64,000 bases of DNA. It comes from an uncultured Actinomycetes bacterium. Lineage in GTDB: Bacteria > Actinomycetota > Aquicultoria > Subteraquimicrobiales > CAMTWV01. Below are positions 28,523 through 39,253 of this stretch, piece after piece. Under the pieces are notes generated by a model. The model ran no database searches, had not been told where the DNA came from, and worked only from the letters and a program-made list of their open reading frames with translations. The number at the start of each line of letters is the position of its first letter. Position 1 is the first letter of the stretch. Both the position numbers and the translations under genes were made by a program. The DNA lies in NCBI GenBank assembly GCA_947085535.1, contig CAMTWV010000002.1, forward strand, positions 94,199 to 158,198, in the 5' to 3' direction.

Positions 28523-29261
28523 AAATAGCTTTAAAAAATTCTAGTCGAGAAAAATCAGGCCAGAGAGTCTCAGTTACCCAGAGTTCAGAATAAGTTGATT
28601 GCCAGGGCAAGAAATTACTTAAACGCATCTCCCCACTTGTCCTGATTAAAAGCTCAGGATCGGGCATGCCTGCTGTATAAAGGTAATTTGCCACGGTTTC
28701 GGGTGTAATTAAGTCAGGGCTTAAGTTCTTTAATAATACCTCTCTGACTATTTTTTTAACCGCCTCAGTTATTTCTTGTCTGCCCCCATAGTTTAAAGCT
28801 AAGTTTAAAACCAACCCTGTATTATTTGAAGTTGCCTTAATGCTATTTTCGAAGCATTTCTTGGTCGAATCAGGAAGTTCTTCAAGATGCCCTAATACAT
28901 TCAACCTTACATTATTTTCACTAAGTTCACCCAACTCTTCTTTAAGCGTATTTTTAAAAAGACTCATTAAGCTTGAAACTTCCTTTTTTGGTCTTTTCCA
29001 ATTTTCAGTTGAGAATGTGTAAAGCGTTAGGTATTTAATTTTAATTTCGGCTGCGGCCTTCACAATTTCACGAGTAGCTTTAACACCTGCGTGATGACCA
29101 ACAATTCGAGGCAACCCCTTTTTCTTTGCCCACCGTCCGTTTCCATCCATTATTATGGCAATGTGCCGAGGGAGCTTATCGAAATTGATTTTTTTTAAAA
29201 AAAAATCCTCACTTTCCTCTTTATGAGTTTTACGAAGACGTTCTCTATTTTTACTGGGCAC
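28479..29261 (-). CDS. uppS: Isoprenyl (undecaprenyl) diphosphate synthase.
   Basis: HIAIIMDGNGRWA signature. 260 aa. Confidence 0.93.
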   Translation of the reverse strand: MPSKNRERLRKTHKEESEDFFLKKINFDKLPRHIAIIMDGNGRWAKKKGLPRIVGHHAGVKATREIVKAAAEIKIKYLTLYTFSTENWKRPKKEVSSLMSLFKNTLKEELGELSENNVRLNVLGHLEELPDSTKKCFENSIKATSNNTGLVLNLALNYGGRQEITEAVKKIVREVLLKNLSPDLITPETVANYLYTAGMPDPELLIRTSGEMRLSNFLPWQSTYSELWVTETLWPDFSRLEFFKAIYEFQQRKRRFGAID

Positions 29262-29274
29262 TTTATTGGCTCAC

Positions 29275-29832
29275 CTATATTTCCATTATTTCTTTTTCTT
29301 TAGCTGCCAAAAGTTCATCAATTTCATGAATATTTTTGTCAGTCAATTTTTGAATTCTTTCTTGAGTGCGAAGTAGTTCATCCTCAGAAATTTTCTTTTC
29401 TTTTTCTTCATTTTTGAGTATGTCATTTGTGTGTCTTCTGATATTTCTAATAGCAACCCTTCCCTCTTCTGCGTATTTTTTAGCGATTTTAGCGAGTTCT
29501 TTTCTTCGTTCTTCAGTTAGTGGTGGTATTGGTAATCTAATGACATTACCGTCGTTTGTGGGAGTTATTCCTAAATCAGACTGCTGAATTGCCTTTTCAA
29601 TATTTCTTAAAATTGATTTGTCCCAGGGCTGGATGACTAATAACTGTGGTTCAGGAGATAGGATGGTTGCCACCTGGTTTACCGGCATTTTTGCTCCGTA
29701 ACAATCAACAAAAATTCTGTCGAGAAGACTGGCTGAAGCCCTACTTGTTCTTAGTCCTTTAAACTCCTCAACCATAGTTAAAACAGCTTTTTTCATATGT
29801 TCTTCAGCATCTTTAACAATAGTTTCAGTCAT
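29275..29832 (-). CDS. frr: Ribosome recycling factor.
   Basis: 185 aa. pyrH-frr synteny. Confidence 0.95.
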   Translation of the reverse strand: MTETIVKDAEEHMKKAVLTMVEEFKGLRTSRASASLLDRIFVDCYGAKMPVNQVATILSPEPQLLVIQPWDKSILRNIEKAIQQSDLGITPTNDGNVIRLPIPPLTEERRKELAKIAKKYAEEGRVAIRNIRRHTNDILKNEEKEKKISEDELLRTQERIQKLTDKNIHEIDELLAAKEKEIMEI

Positions 29833-29837
29833 TTTCC

Positions 29838-30566
<729 letters not shown>

Positions 30567-30570
30567 CTAA

Positions 30571-31170
30571 TTAAATAGTCACGCCTAATTCGTAACGAAC
30601 GAATCGTCTGATAACAATATTTTCGCCGATTTTTGTAGCAATTTCACCCAGGTAATCTTCAATTTTAATATCAGGATTTTTAATGTAAGGTTGGTCAAAC
30701 AAACAAACTGACTGATAAAATTTTTCTATTCTTCCTTCAGCTATTTTTTCGATAACATGAAGGGGTTTTCTTTCCTCAAACCCTTGAGCTTTGTAAATTT
30801 CAATTTCTTTTTCAATTACTTCCGGCGGCACATCGTCTCTTTTAATATAAAGGGAATTACTTGCTGCGATATGTAAAGCAATATTATGGACGAATTCTTT
30901 AAAGTCTTCGTTTCTTGCGACAAAATCTGTCTCACAGTTTACCTCAACCAGAACTCCGATTTTTCCGCCTGCGTGAACATATGAATCAATGAGTCCTTCT
31001 TTGGTGATTTTAGCGGCTCTTTTTTTAAGTTCAGCTAATCCCTTTTTTCTTAAAAGTTCAACCGCAGTTTCTATATCTCCCTTTGCTTCTTCAAGAGCTT
31101 TTTTGCAGTCCATAAATCCAGCTCCGGTGCGAACGCGTAAGTCTTTTACTAATGATGCGGATAACTCCAT
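30571..31170 (-). CDS. tsf: Elongation factor Ts (short form, about 200 aa).
   Basis: N-terminal UBA-like LRVRTGAGFMDCKKAL. rpsB-tsf synteny. Confidence 0.93.
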   Translation of the reverse strand: MELSASLVKDLRVRTGAGFMDCKKALEEAKGDIETAVELLRKKGLAELKKRAAKITKEGLIDSYVHAGGKIGVLVEVNCETDFVARNEDFKEFVHNIALHIAASNSLYIKRDDVPPEVIEKEIEIYKAQGFEERKPLHVIEKIAEGRIEKFYQSVCLFDQPYIKNPDIKIEDYLGEIATKIGENIVIRRFVRYELGVTI

Positions 31171-31202
31171 CTTTGCCTCCGTAATTAATTTAACTCTGGA
31201 AT

Positions 31203-31994
31203 TTAAGCTTTTTTAACTTCGACCATATCATCTGCTTCAGGTTTGATGCGGCTTTCTTTGCCTTCAAAGCAGGCGTTGGAAATGATTTTTGTAATTAAAG
31301 CTATGGCTCTTATGGCGTCATCATTACCAGGAATCACAACATCAACTTCGTCAGGGTCACAATTTGTGTCAATAATGGCAATAACCGGAATGTTTAACCT
31401 TCGGGCTTCTTTTATAGCGATTTCTTCCTTTTTTGAATCGACCACAAAAATAGCCGCAGGAAGTTTAGTCAAATTTTTCATGCCGCCAAAGTTCTTTTCC
31501 AATTTTTCTTTTTCTTTAAGGAGTGCTTGCGCTTCTTTCTTGAGTAGTTTCTGAAGTGTTCCATTGGCTTCCATAGCCTCAAGCTCTTTTAATCGCTTAA
31601 TTCTTGATTGAATTGTCTGAAAGTTGGTTAGTGTTCCACCCAACCATCGATTGTTTACGTACGGCATTTCACAGCGAGTAGCTTCTTCTTTTATGGCATC
31701 CTGAGCTTGTTTTTTAGTTCCGATAAATAAAATGTCACCGTTGGTGCTTACTGTGCTGCGAGTAAACTCATAAGATTTTTCGATTCCGACGAGAGTTTTT
31801 TGAAGGTCAAAGATGTGAATATCATTTCGCTTGGTGAAGATGTAATTCTTCATCTTGGGATTCCATCGGCGAGTTTGATGTCCGAAATGCACCCCCGCTT
31901 CCAAAAGCTGTTTCATTGAAACTACTGACATATAGATTTTTTCTCCTTTTCTGGTTTTTTCCCGCCACCCGCTTCGATCTTTTCTTTGCCCCAC
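31203..31994 (-). CDS. rpsB: 30S ribosomal protein S2.
   Basis: 263 aa. [15 protein letters not shown] signature. Confidence 0.95.
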   Translation of the reverse strand: MGQRKDRSGWREKTRKGEKIYMSVVSMKQLLEAGVHFGHQTRRWNPKMKNYIFTKRNDIHIFDLQKTLVGIEKSYEFTRSTVSTNGDILFIGTKKQAQDAIKEEATRCEMPYVNNRWLGGTLTNFQTIQSRIKRLKELEAMEANGTLQKLLKKEAQALLKEKEKLEKNFGGMKNLTKLPAAIFVVDSKKEEIAIKEARRLNIPVIAIIDTNCDPDEVDVVIPGNDDAIRAIALITKIISNACFEGKESRIKPEADDMVEVKKA

Positions 31995-32049
31995 TTTTGG
32001 CGAGGACCAGAAGAAAAGTCAGCGGATGTGAGTATTTAAAACGGTCAAT

Positions 32050-32078
32050 AGTTTAGCATAGTCAGAAATTAACATCAA
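32050..32078 (-). promoter_or_regulatory. Candidate rpsB promoter on the minus strand: -35 TTGATG (32078-32073), 17 nt spacer, -10 TAAACT (32055-32050). Overlaps the 3' end of the sigma gene.
   Basis: Hexamers read from the reverse complement. Weak -10. Confidence 0.3.
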
Positions 32079-32084
32079 TTATTT

Positions 32085-32870
32085 TTATTCCAGGACAGCC
32101 TGCGATTTTATTTTGCGAAGATATGTTTTTAACCTGAAAATAGCTTTAGTGTGAAGTTGGGAAACTCTCGATTCAGTTATGCCCATGATTTCCCCGATTT
32201 CTTTTAAAGTTAAACCTTCGTAGTAATAAAGTGCAACCACAATATTTTCTTTATCAGGGAGCCGTTCTATCGCTTTCATAAGAGATTCCTTAAGCTCTAA
32301 AAATTCAAAAACTTTAGAGGGGTCACGAGCAGTCACATCTTCAATTGTGTCAATTACGGCAATTTTGTCTTCCTTGTTTGTGTCAATTGTGTAAAGGTCT
32401 TCAAGTCCGGCTACACAGGAATGGCTTAGTTGAAACATTAAATTGTAAAGCTCATCCTGACTAACATTGAGCGCTTTGGCTAATTCTTCGTCTGTGGGAA
32501 TGCGTTTTAATTTTGCCTCTAAATCATTATAAGTTTTTTCCATTTCTCTTGATTTATGTCTGAGAGAGCGAGGCACCCAGTCCATAGCCCGAAGTTCGTC
32601 GATTATTGCTCCCTTAATTCGAGTTATTGCATAGTTCTCAAATTTGATATTTCGGGATGGGTCGAATTTTTCTATAGCATCGATTAAACCCAGGATGCCA
32701 TAACTAATTAAATCGGCAATCTCAATATTTGATGGGAGTTTGGAGTAAATTTTGCCTGCTACATATTTTACTAAAGGAGCATAATAAAGAATAAGTTTAT
32801 CGCGGGTCTCATTGGATTTGGCTTTTTTATATCCATCCCAGATTTTTTGGATTTCTGGTGCGGTTTCTAT
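32085..32870 (-). CDS. fliA: FliA/SigD/WhiG-family (sigma-28-like) RNA polymerase sigma factor. No canonical start: the open frame carries conserved regions 1.2-2 upstream of the first ATG (32585), and the best start candidate is ATA at 32870 after AGGAGG.
   Basis: My translation of 32586-32870 gives IETAPEIQKIWDGYKKAKSNETRDKLILYYAPLVKYVAGKIYSKLPSNIEIADLISYGILGLIDAIEKFDPSRNIKFENYAITRIKGAIIDELRAM, continuous with the 166-aa track ORF. Regions 2, 3 and 4 are present. Confidence 0.8.
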   Translation of the reverse strand: METAPEIQKIWDGYKKAKSNETRDKLILYYAPLVKYVAGKIYSKLPSNIEIADLISYGILGLIDAIEKFDPSRNIKFENYAITRIKGAIIDELRAMDWVPRSLRHKSREMEKTYNDLEAKLKRIPTDEELAKALNVSQDELYNLMFQLSHSCVAGLEDLYTIDTNKEDKIAVIDTIEDVTARDPSKVFEFLELKESLMKAIERLPDKENIVVALYYYEGLTLKEIGEIMGITESRVSQLHTKAIFRLKTYLRKIKSQAVLE

Positions 32871-32905
32871 TTTTACTCTCCTCCTACTTGTTCTTTTAAT
32901 TAAAC

Positions 32906-33814
32906 CTAAGCACGTGGGTGAGTTTGTTGATAAATTTCTTTTAACTTTGTTTTACTTAAATGAGTATAAACTTGGGTTGAGGATAAATCAATGTGCCCTA
33001 AAAGCTCTTGAACAGACCTTAAGTCAGCTCCACGCTCAAGCAAATGGGTGGCAAAAGTGTGTCTTAAAAGGTGAGGAAAAATTTTAAGGTCACTGCCTAT
33101 TTTTTTAATGTACTTATCCAAGCAAGCTCGAATTGCTCTTTGAGTGAGTCGTTCGCCGTCTTTATTTAAAAATAAGGCTTTTTCAGTTTTTGCTCGTTCG
33201 GGGTGTTTTGAAAGAAGTTTTTTTCGTCCGTTTGCAATGTAGACTTGAATTGACTCGAGGGCTTTTCTGTTTAAAGGAAGGATTCTTTCTTTTCTTCCCT
33301 TTCCGACAACCTTAATTTCGCCTTGAGCAAAATTAACCTCGTTTATATCCATGTTTGTAAGCTCACCAACACGTATGCCTGCGCCATAAAGTGTTTCAAT
33401 CATTGCTTTGTCTCTTTGTCCTAATGGGGTGGTTTCATCAGGTGCAGATATCAATCGTTCTATGAAATCGACTTTTAAAATGCGAGGCAGTCTTTTTTCG
33501 ATTTTAGGAGAAGAAAGCATTGTAGTGGGATTTGTTTTAAGCTGGCTGGTTTTTTTAAGATAAGCGAAGAATGTTCTTAAAGCAGCTATTTTCCTAGCGA
33601 TGCTTGTTTTGCTGTACTTTAAAGTTTGAAGATAAGCAAGATATTGACGAAGAAGATTATAATTGACGTTTGAAAGCTTAATCCTGCTACGCTCGAGAAA
33701 AGTCAAAAATTGAGTTATGTCAAATTTGTATGCCTCAATGGTGTTTAAAGAGAAATTTCTCTCGGAAGATAGATACATTAAAAACTTTTTTAAAGCGTCC
33801 TTTGCTTGTGCCAT
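32906..33814 (-). CDS. xerC: Tyrosine recombinase XerC/XerD (CodV-like).
   Basis: R...HxxR...Y catalytic residues (HLLRHTFATHLLERGADLRSVQELLGH...Y). 302 aa. Sits at the codV position next to dprA. Confidence 0.88.
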   Translation of the reverse strand: MAQAKDALKKFLMYLSSERNFSLNTIEAYKFDITQFLTFLERSRIKLSNVNYNLLRQYLAYLQTLKYSKTSIARKIAALRTFFAYLKKTSQLKTNPTTMLSSPKIEKRLPRILKVDFIERLISAPDETTPLGQRDKAMIETLYGAGIRVGELTNMDINEVNFAQGEIKVVGKGRKERILPLNRKALESIQVYIANGRKKLLSKHPERAKTEKALFLNKDGERLTQRAIRACLDKYIKKIGSDLKIFPHLLRHTFATHLLERGADLRSVQELLGHIDLSSTQVYTHLSKTKLKEIYQQTHPRA

Positions 33815-33820
33815 TAATTT

Positions 33821-34912
33821 TTATCGTAACCTGATATAGTTTTTACCGATGTCTTGCTTAACATAACCTTTTAGTTCTAAAATCGTTAAGCAGCCAATAA
33901 CTGTTGCAATATCTAAGTTAATAAGCTGACTTATTTTATCTATGTGTACAGTTTCCCACCCAATAGTTTCAATTATCTGTTTTTCGAGATGAGAAAGCCC
34001 TTCTTCGCTTTCTTTCTTTTCCAGCTTCTTTGTCCGAAAAAGATTAAGAATACTAAGAATATCGTTAGCATTTTCAACAAGATAAGCACCTTGTTTAAGC
34101 AAATTATGAACTCCTTTACTTAAACTGCTTTTGATGTGACCTGGAACTGCCATTACATCTCGTCCTTGTTCGAGAGCAAAATCGGCTGTAATTAAGGCGC
34201 CGCTTTTTTCTGACGCCTCGATAACAATAACGCCCAGAGAAAGCCCACTAATAATTCGGTTTCGGGCAGGAAAGTTTGATTTAAACGGTGGTGTCCCTAA
34301 AGGATATTCTGAGATGAGAGCACCATGTTCTTCAATTTTTTCAAAAAGTCTTCGATTTTCGGGTGGGTAAATAATGTTTAAGCCGCAGCCAACAACTCCA
34401 ATAGTGCTGCCAACTTCCGATACTGCTCCTGTATGAGCAGCTGAATCGATTCCTCGAGCAAGACCACTTACAATTGTTATTCCGCATTTTGATAAATCAC
34501 GGGCTAATTCTTGAGCAAAAGTTTGTCCAGATAGACTGGCTCGACGGGCACCAACAATTGCCACACAGGTTGGAAAATTGGAGAGCGAATGTCCTTTAAT
34601 AAACAAAACCGAAGGAGGACTTGCTATCTCGCGAAGCAAAGGTGGATAGTCAATATCATCCATGGTTAATATTTTAATATTATAGGAAGAAAGTTTTTTA
34701 AACTCTTTATCGAGGTCAATTTTTGCCTGTTTTTCTTTAATTTTTTGAGCTGTTTTTTCAATGACAATCCCTGAATCGATAAGTTCTTTAAGTGAGACAT
34801 TCCAGATGTTTTCAGGAGTTTTAAAATGAGTGAGCAAATACCTTTCTCTGGTTGAAAATTCGCTTATTAATTTTAGTCCGAGCCAGAATTTCTTGTCTGA
34901 CAAATAGTTCAC
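33821..34912 (-). CDS. dprA: DNA-processing protein DprA (Smf).
   Basis: Rossmann-like DprA core (GLARGIDSAAH) plus C-terminal winged-helix domain. 363 aa. Confidence 0.9.
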   Translation of the reverse strand: MNYLSDKKFWLGLKLISEFSTRERYLLTHFKTPENIWNVSLKELIDSGIVIEKTAQKIKEKQAKIDLDKEFKKLSSYNIKILTMDDIDYPPLLREIASPPSVLFIKGHSLSNFPTCVAIVGARRASLSGQTFAQELARDLSKCGITIVSGLARGIDSAAHTGAVSEVGSTIGVVGCGLNIIYPPENRRLFEKIEEHGALISEYPLGTPPFKSNFPARNRIISGLSLGVIVIEASEKSGALITADFALEQGRDVMAVPGHIKSSLSKGVHNLLKQGAYLVENANDILSILNLFRTKKLEKKESEEGLSHLEKQIIETIGWETVHIDKISQLINLDIATVIGCLTILELKGYVKQDIGKNYIRLR

Positions 34913-34928
34913 CCTACGGGTCGTAGAC

Positions 34929-36449
34929 CTATTTTAAACTCGTTCTATACTGAATAGCTTCAGCAATATGTCCTAACTCGATATTTTCTGAATTGACTAA
35001 ATCCGCAATGGTTCTTGCCACTTTTAAAATGCGGTCGTAAGCCCTCGCGCTTAAGGCAAACTTATCAACAGCATTTTCAAGAAGCGATTTAGCCGATGGC
35101 GAAAGAGAACAAAATTCCTTAATCTCTTTTGCTCTCATTTGCGCATTCAAAACAATATTTCTTTCATAGAATCTCTCTTGCTGTTTTATTCTTGCCTTCT
35201 GGATTCTTTCTTTTATTGAACTTGATGGCTCACCGCTAAGATTTCCAGAGAGCTCTTCTTTGGTGAGTCGAGGCACCTCAACACAGATATCCATTCTGTC
35301 CATAAGTGGTCCAGAAATCTTATTTCTGTATTGCTGAACTTTTATTGGCGTGCAAACACATTCTTTTAATCGGTCGCCTGAGTGGCCACAAGGACAAGGG
35401 TTCATTGCTGCGATGAGGACAAATTTACTTGGATAAGTAAGTGCTGTAGAAGCTCTTGAAATGGTTACATAACCATCTTCTAAAGGTTGTCTGAGAACTT
35501 GAAGAACACTTTTGCTAAATTCAGGAAATTCGTCTAAAAATAAAACACCGTTATGACTGAGCGAAATTTCACCCGGTTTAGGAAAGTGACCACCGCCCAC
35601 AAGACCAGCATAAGAAATTGTGTGATGAGGGGATCTGAATGGTCGGGTTAAAATTAGAGATGTATTGGAAGCCAGAATTCCAGCAACGCTGTAAACTTTA
35701 GTTGTTTCTATTGCTTCGTTTAAAGTCAAATCAGGAAGTATTGTTGGAATTCGGCGAGCAAGCATTGTTTTACCCGAGCCAGGAGGTCCAATCATTAAGA
35801 CATTGTGGCCACCTGCGGTGGCAACTTCGAGTGCCCTTTTAGCATGTTCCTGCCCTTTAATATCAGAGAAATCGATACCAAAATCAGTATTCGAGGTAAA
35901 AATACTCTTTAAATCAGTTTTTTGAGGTTCAATGATTATTTTATCATTTAAAAAATCAACTACTTCTCTTAGTGTTTTTACTGGAATGACTTTAACGCCA
36001 TCTACTATTGCGGCTTCTCTTGCATTATCAAAAGGGATAATGATTCCCTCTTTTTTCTCATTTTTGGCGCAAATAGCTAAAGAAATAGCCCCGTTAACCC
36101 TTCTTATTTCACCATTTAGAGAAAGCTCGCCAACAATTAAGTATTTTTTAAGGTTATGGTGAGAAATAACTTTAAATGCAGCCAGTGAAGCTAAGGCAAT
36201 AGGTAAATCAAAAGAAGGTCCTTCTTTTTTAATGTCAGCCGGAGCTAAATTTATTGTGATACGCTTTAAGGGAAACTCAAACTCGGAATTACGAATGCTG
36301 GACCTGACTCTTTCTCTTGATTCCTGAACGACTGTATCAGGAAGTCCAACAATGTTAAAAGCAGGTAAGCCCGTTGAAATATCAGCCTCAACCTCTACTT
36401 TTATAGCTTCCAGTCCGTAAAGTGTAGCGCTTTCTAATTTAGCAATCAA
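34929..36449 (-). CDS. comM: YifB/ComM-family Mg-chelatase-like AAA+ protein.
   Basis: Lon-like N-domain, Walker A GPPGSGKT, ChlI-like C-terminus. 506 aa. Confidence 0.88.
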   Translation of the reverse strand: MIAKLESATLYGLEAIKVEVEADISTGLPAFNIVGLPDTVVQESRERVRSSIRNSEFEFPLKRITINLAPADIKKEGPSFDLPIALASLAAFKVISHHNLKKYLIVGELSLNGEIRRVNGAISLAICAKNEKKEGIIIPFDNAREAAIVDGVKVIPVKTLREVVDFLNDKIIIEPQKTDLKSIFTSNTDFGIDFSDIKGQEHAKRALEVATAGGHNVLMIGPPGSGKTMLARRIPTILPDLTLNEAIETTKVYSVAGILASNTSLILTRPFRSPHHTISYAGLVGGGHFPKPGEISLSHNGVLFLDEFPEFSKSVLQVLRQPLEDGYVTISRASTALTYPSKFVLIAAMNPCPCGHSGDRLKECVCTPIKVQQYRNKISGPLMDRMDICVEVPRLTKEELSGNLSGEPSSSIKERIQKARIKQQERFYERNIVLNAQMRAKEIKEFCSLSPSAKSLLENAVDKFALSARAYDRILKVARTIADLVNSENIELGHIAEAIQYRTSLK

Positions 36450-36459
36450 ATTGCTCCTC

Positions 36460-36801
36460 CTAAAAAGCGTTTTCTATGTGAATAATCTCTGTTCTATCTT
36501 CATTGACAAGAATTCCTATAACGTCAAATCTGAATGATTCCGCTTGAGGCTTGTGGAAAGCAATAAAAGAATCAGCAAGTTTTTTTAATCTTTTCTGTTT
36601 TGAAATATTGACAGCCTCAAATGGTTCGCCATATTTTTTATTGGACCTTGTTTTTACTTCAACAAAGACAAGAGTCTTTTTATTAAAAGCAATTATATCA
36701 ATTTCACCAAATTTTAAGCGATAATTTCTTTCAAAAATTTTAAAACCTTTTTTGAGAAGAAGCTGGCAGGCGAGGTCTTCGCCTTGAGATTTGAGTGGCA
36801 T
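36460..36801 (-). CDS. yraN: YraN-family (UPF0102) endonuclease-like protein.
   Basis: 113 aa. FGEIDIIA...VFVEVKTR motif. Confidence 0.8.
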   Translation of the reverse strand: MPLKSQGEDLACQLLLKKGFKIFERNYRLKFGEIDIIAFNKKTLVFVEVKTRSNKKYGEPFEAVNISKQKRLKKLADSFIAFHKPQAESFRFDVIGILVNEDRTEIIHIENAF

Positions 36802-36804
36802 AGC

Positions 36805-37449
36805 TTAACCTTCGCATATTAATTTTTTAATGGGAGAAAAGTTTTTCCGATGGATTTTTGACGGACCCCATCGGGCAAGTGCTTCCTGGTGATATTTTGT
36901 TCCGTATCCTTTGTTGAAAGAGAACCCAAAGCTGGGAAACTCTTTATCGAGTTTATCCATAATTCTATCTCGTGTAACCTTGCACACTATTGAGGCAGCA
37001 GCAATGCACGCACTTATGGAGTCACCTTTAATTAAAGCTTTATTGGGAATTTCCAAATTGGGCAGAAGATAGCCGTCAGAAAGAACAAAATCGGGCTTAA
37101 CTGAAAGTTTTTTAACCGCTTCTTTGAGACATTCAAGATTTGTTTTTTGCAGTCCGAGAGCTTCGATTTTTTTTACGTCAAAAATAGCGACGCTCCAAAA
37201 GCAAGAATCAGTAATTGTTTTAAATAGTTTTTCTCGAGTCTTAGGAGTTATTTGCTTGCAATCTTTTAATCCAGAAATAAAAACATTTTGAGGAATGATA
37301 ACTGCGGCAGCAACCAGCGGTCCAGCCCAGGCACCCCTTCCTGATTCATCAACACCAGCAATTAGCTGGTATTTCTTACTGCGTAAATCATTTTCAATTT
37401 GACACAAATTTTTAAAATCTTCAATTTCGAGGTTATCCTTGGCTTTCAT
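36805..37449 (-). CDS. rnhB: Ribonuclease HII.
   Basis: GVDESGRGAWAGPLVAAAV catalytic motif. 214 aa. Confidence 0.92.
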   Translation of the reverse strand: MKAKDNLEIEDFKNLCQIENDLRSKKYQLIAGVDESGRGAWAGPLVAAAVIIPQNVFISGLKDCKQITPKTREKLFKTITDSCFWSVAIFDVKKIEALGLQKTNLECLKEAVKKLSVKPDFVLSDGYLLPNLEIPNKALIKGDSISACIAAASIVCKVTRDRIMDKLDKEFPSFGFSFNKGYGTKYHQEALARWGPSKIHRKNFSPIKKLICEG

Positions 37450-38045
37450 TCTCGACCTATTAAAGCAATTCTGTGAGGGGGCCAGTAAGTTAAAATTGCT
37501 TTTCCAATTATTGTGTCTTTATCTATGGGTCCGAAAATTCGACTGTCCTGACTGCTTGGACGGTTATCTCCCATCACAAATAATTTGTCTTCAGGGATAG
37601 TTATAGGTCCAAAGTTGCTCAAATCAGGCATATTAATCAAATAAGGTTCATCAATTTTTTTGCCGTTGATGTAAACAATGCCACTTTTAACCTCAATAGC
37701 TTCGCCCTCAGTAGCGATAACTCGTTTAATGTAGTCTTTGTGAGAGTCAAAGGGTGCTTCAAAAACAATGATATCGCTTCTTTTGGGTTCTCCTAGCCAG
37801 TAGGAAAATCTGGCGACTAATACACGGTCGCCGGGGTAAAAAGTGGGTTCCATTGAACTACTTGGAATCATGAACGGTTGAACAATAATGGTTTTAAGCA
37901 AAAAAGCTAAAATGTAGGCAATTACGAGGATAAAGAAGACTTCTTTTATAAATACCCAGACTAAGTTAACAGGTCTTTCAGATTTGGTTTGTTCAAAAGA
38001 ATCAGAACCAGACTCCTCAAAATCTTCTTCGTTATTCAAATCCAC
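37446..38045 (-). CDS. lepB: Signal peptidase I.
   Basis: SSSMEPT (catalytic Ser) and GDNR boxes. Single N-terminal TM helix. Confidence 0.9.
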   Translation of the reverse strand: MDLNNEEDFEESGSDSFEQTKSERPVNLVWVFIKEVFFILVIAYILAFLLKTIIVQPFMIPSSSMEPTFYPGDRVLVARFSYWLGEPKRSDIIVFEAPFDSHKDYIKRVIATEGEAIEVKSGIVYINGKKIDEPYLINMPDLSNFGPITIPEDKLFVMGDNRPSSQDSRIFGPIDKDTIIGKAILTYWPPHRIALIGRE

Positions 38046-38057
38046 GCTTTCCTTTCC

Positions 38058-38408
38058 TTAAGAGTCCTGTCTTTTTTCTTTAATTCGAGATGCTTTGCCA
38101 ATTTTTTCACGCAGGTAATAAAGTCGGGCTCGTCGTACTTTTCCTTTCGTTGAAACTTCAATTTTGGAAATTCGGGGGGAATGCAGTGGGAATGTTTTCT
38201 CTACCCCTACACCAAAAGAAATTTTTCTTACCGTGAAGGTTGATTTAATTCCACTTCCCTGTTTTCTGATGACTGTGCCTTGAAAGACTTGAATTCTTTC
38301 ACGGCCACTTTCACTGATTTTGTAGTGGACTTTAACTGTATCGCCTGTATCAAAAACAGGCAAATCTTGTCTCATATTCTCTTTTTCGTAAACATCGATT
38401 TCCTGCAT
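38058..38408 (-). CDS. rplS: 50S ribosomal protein L19.
   Basis: 116 aa. GDTVKV...[10 protein letters not shown] signature. Confidence 0.95.
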   Translation of the reverse strand: MQEIDVYEKENMRQDLPVFDTGDTVKVHYKISESGRERIQVFQGTVIRKQGSGIKSTFTVRKISFGVGVEKTFPLHSPRISKIEVSTKGKVRRARLYYLREKIGKASRIKEKRQDS

Positions 38409-38470
38409 CGTAGTCGCCTCCTTAAATCAAACAAAGTCGAATTATAACACAGTTCATTTTGGATTAAAAG

Positions 38471-39253
38471 TTATTTTGAGATTAGCCCTTTTATTTCTTT
38501 AAGGATTTCTTTCTCTTCTTCAGTTAAGGAGTCTTCGTAAATTAAATCAGGACGTCTTGCAAGTGTCTTTTCTAAAGATTTGCGTATTCGCCACTTCCTT
38601 ATAGCTTCATGATGACCACTTATGAGAATCTCAGGCACTGCCCAGCCTTGCCATTCGCGAGGACGAGTATATTGGGGGTATTCCAGAAGACCGCGGGTAA
38701 ATGTTTCTTCGGCAAGAGACTCACGTTTGCCGAGCACTCCAGGAACTAAACGAATAACACTGTCAACTAACGCCATAGCTGCATATTCTCCTCCTGAAAG
38801 AATATAATCCCCAATTGAAATTTCATCAGTTGCCAGATTTTCGTGGACTCTTTCGTCAATTCCCTCATATCTTCCGCAAAGAACAATAAGGTGCTTTTCT
38901 CTTGATAGCTCTTCGGCTAAACGTTGATTAAAAGGTTTGCCCTGGGGGGTAAGTAAAATAACTCTTGGTTTTCCTGAAATTGAATTTTTAGAGATGGATT
39001 CAACAGCTTCAAAAAATGGCCCAGGTTTCATAACCATACCAAAACCTCCGCCATAAGGTGCATCATCAATTTGAGAATGCTTATTATGCACATAATCTCG
39101 CAGATTATGTAACTTAACATCAACAAGCTTTTTTTCAAGAGCTATTTTAATAACGCCCTCTTTCAGGGTTGACTCAAACATTTGAGGGAAAATAGTGATG
39201 ATATCGATTTTCATAGAAGTACTCCTAAAATAAGCCTGGTATCCTTGACACAA
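38471..39253 (-). CDS. trmD: tRNA (guanine37-N1)-methyltransferase. Probable real start is the internal Met (MKIDIITIFP, about 39214).
   Basis: SPOUT knot motifs. rimM-trmD-rplS synteny. Confidence 0.92.
   Translation of the reverse strand: MCQGYQAYFRSTSMKIDIITIFPQMFESTLKEGVIKIALEKKLVDVKLHNLRDYVHNKHSQIDDAPYGGGFGMVMKPGPFFEAVESISKNSISGKPRVILLTPQGKPFNQRLAEELSREKHLIVLCGRYEGIDERVHENLATDEISIGDYILSGGEYAAMALVDSVIRLVPGVLGKRESLAEETFTRGLLEYPQYTRPREWQGWAVPEILISGHHEAIRKWRIRKSLEKTLARRPDLIYEDSLTEEEKEILKEIKGLISK

Noticed and set aside
32906-33814. Tyrosine recombinase as a marker of a prophage or integrative element
   Set aside because: The gene sits in the conserved dprA-(topA)-codV-...-rpsB chromosomal arrangement and has XerC/XerD-type catalytic residues. 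No phage or ICE cargo is adjacent, so it is the housekeeping dimer-resolution recombinase.
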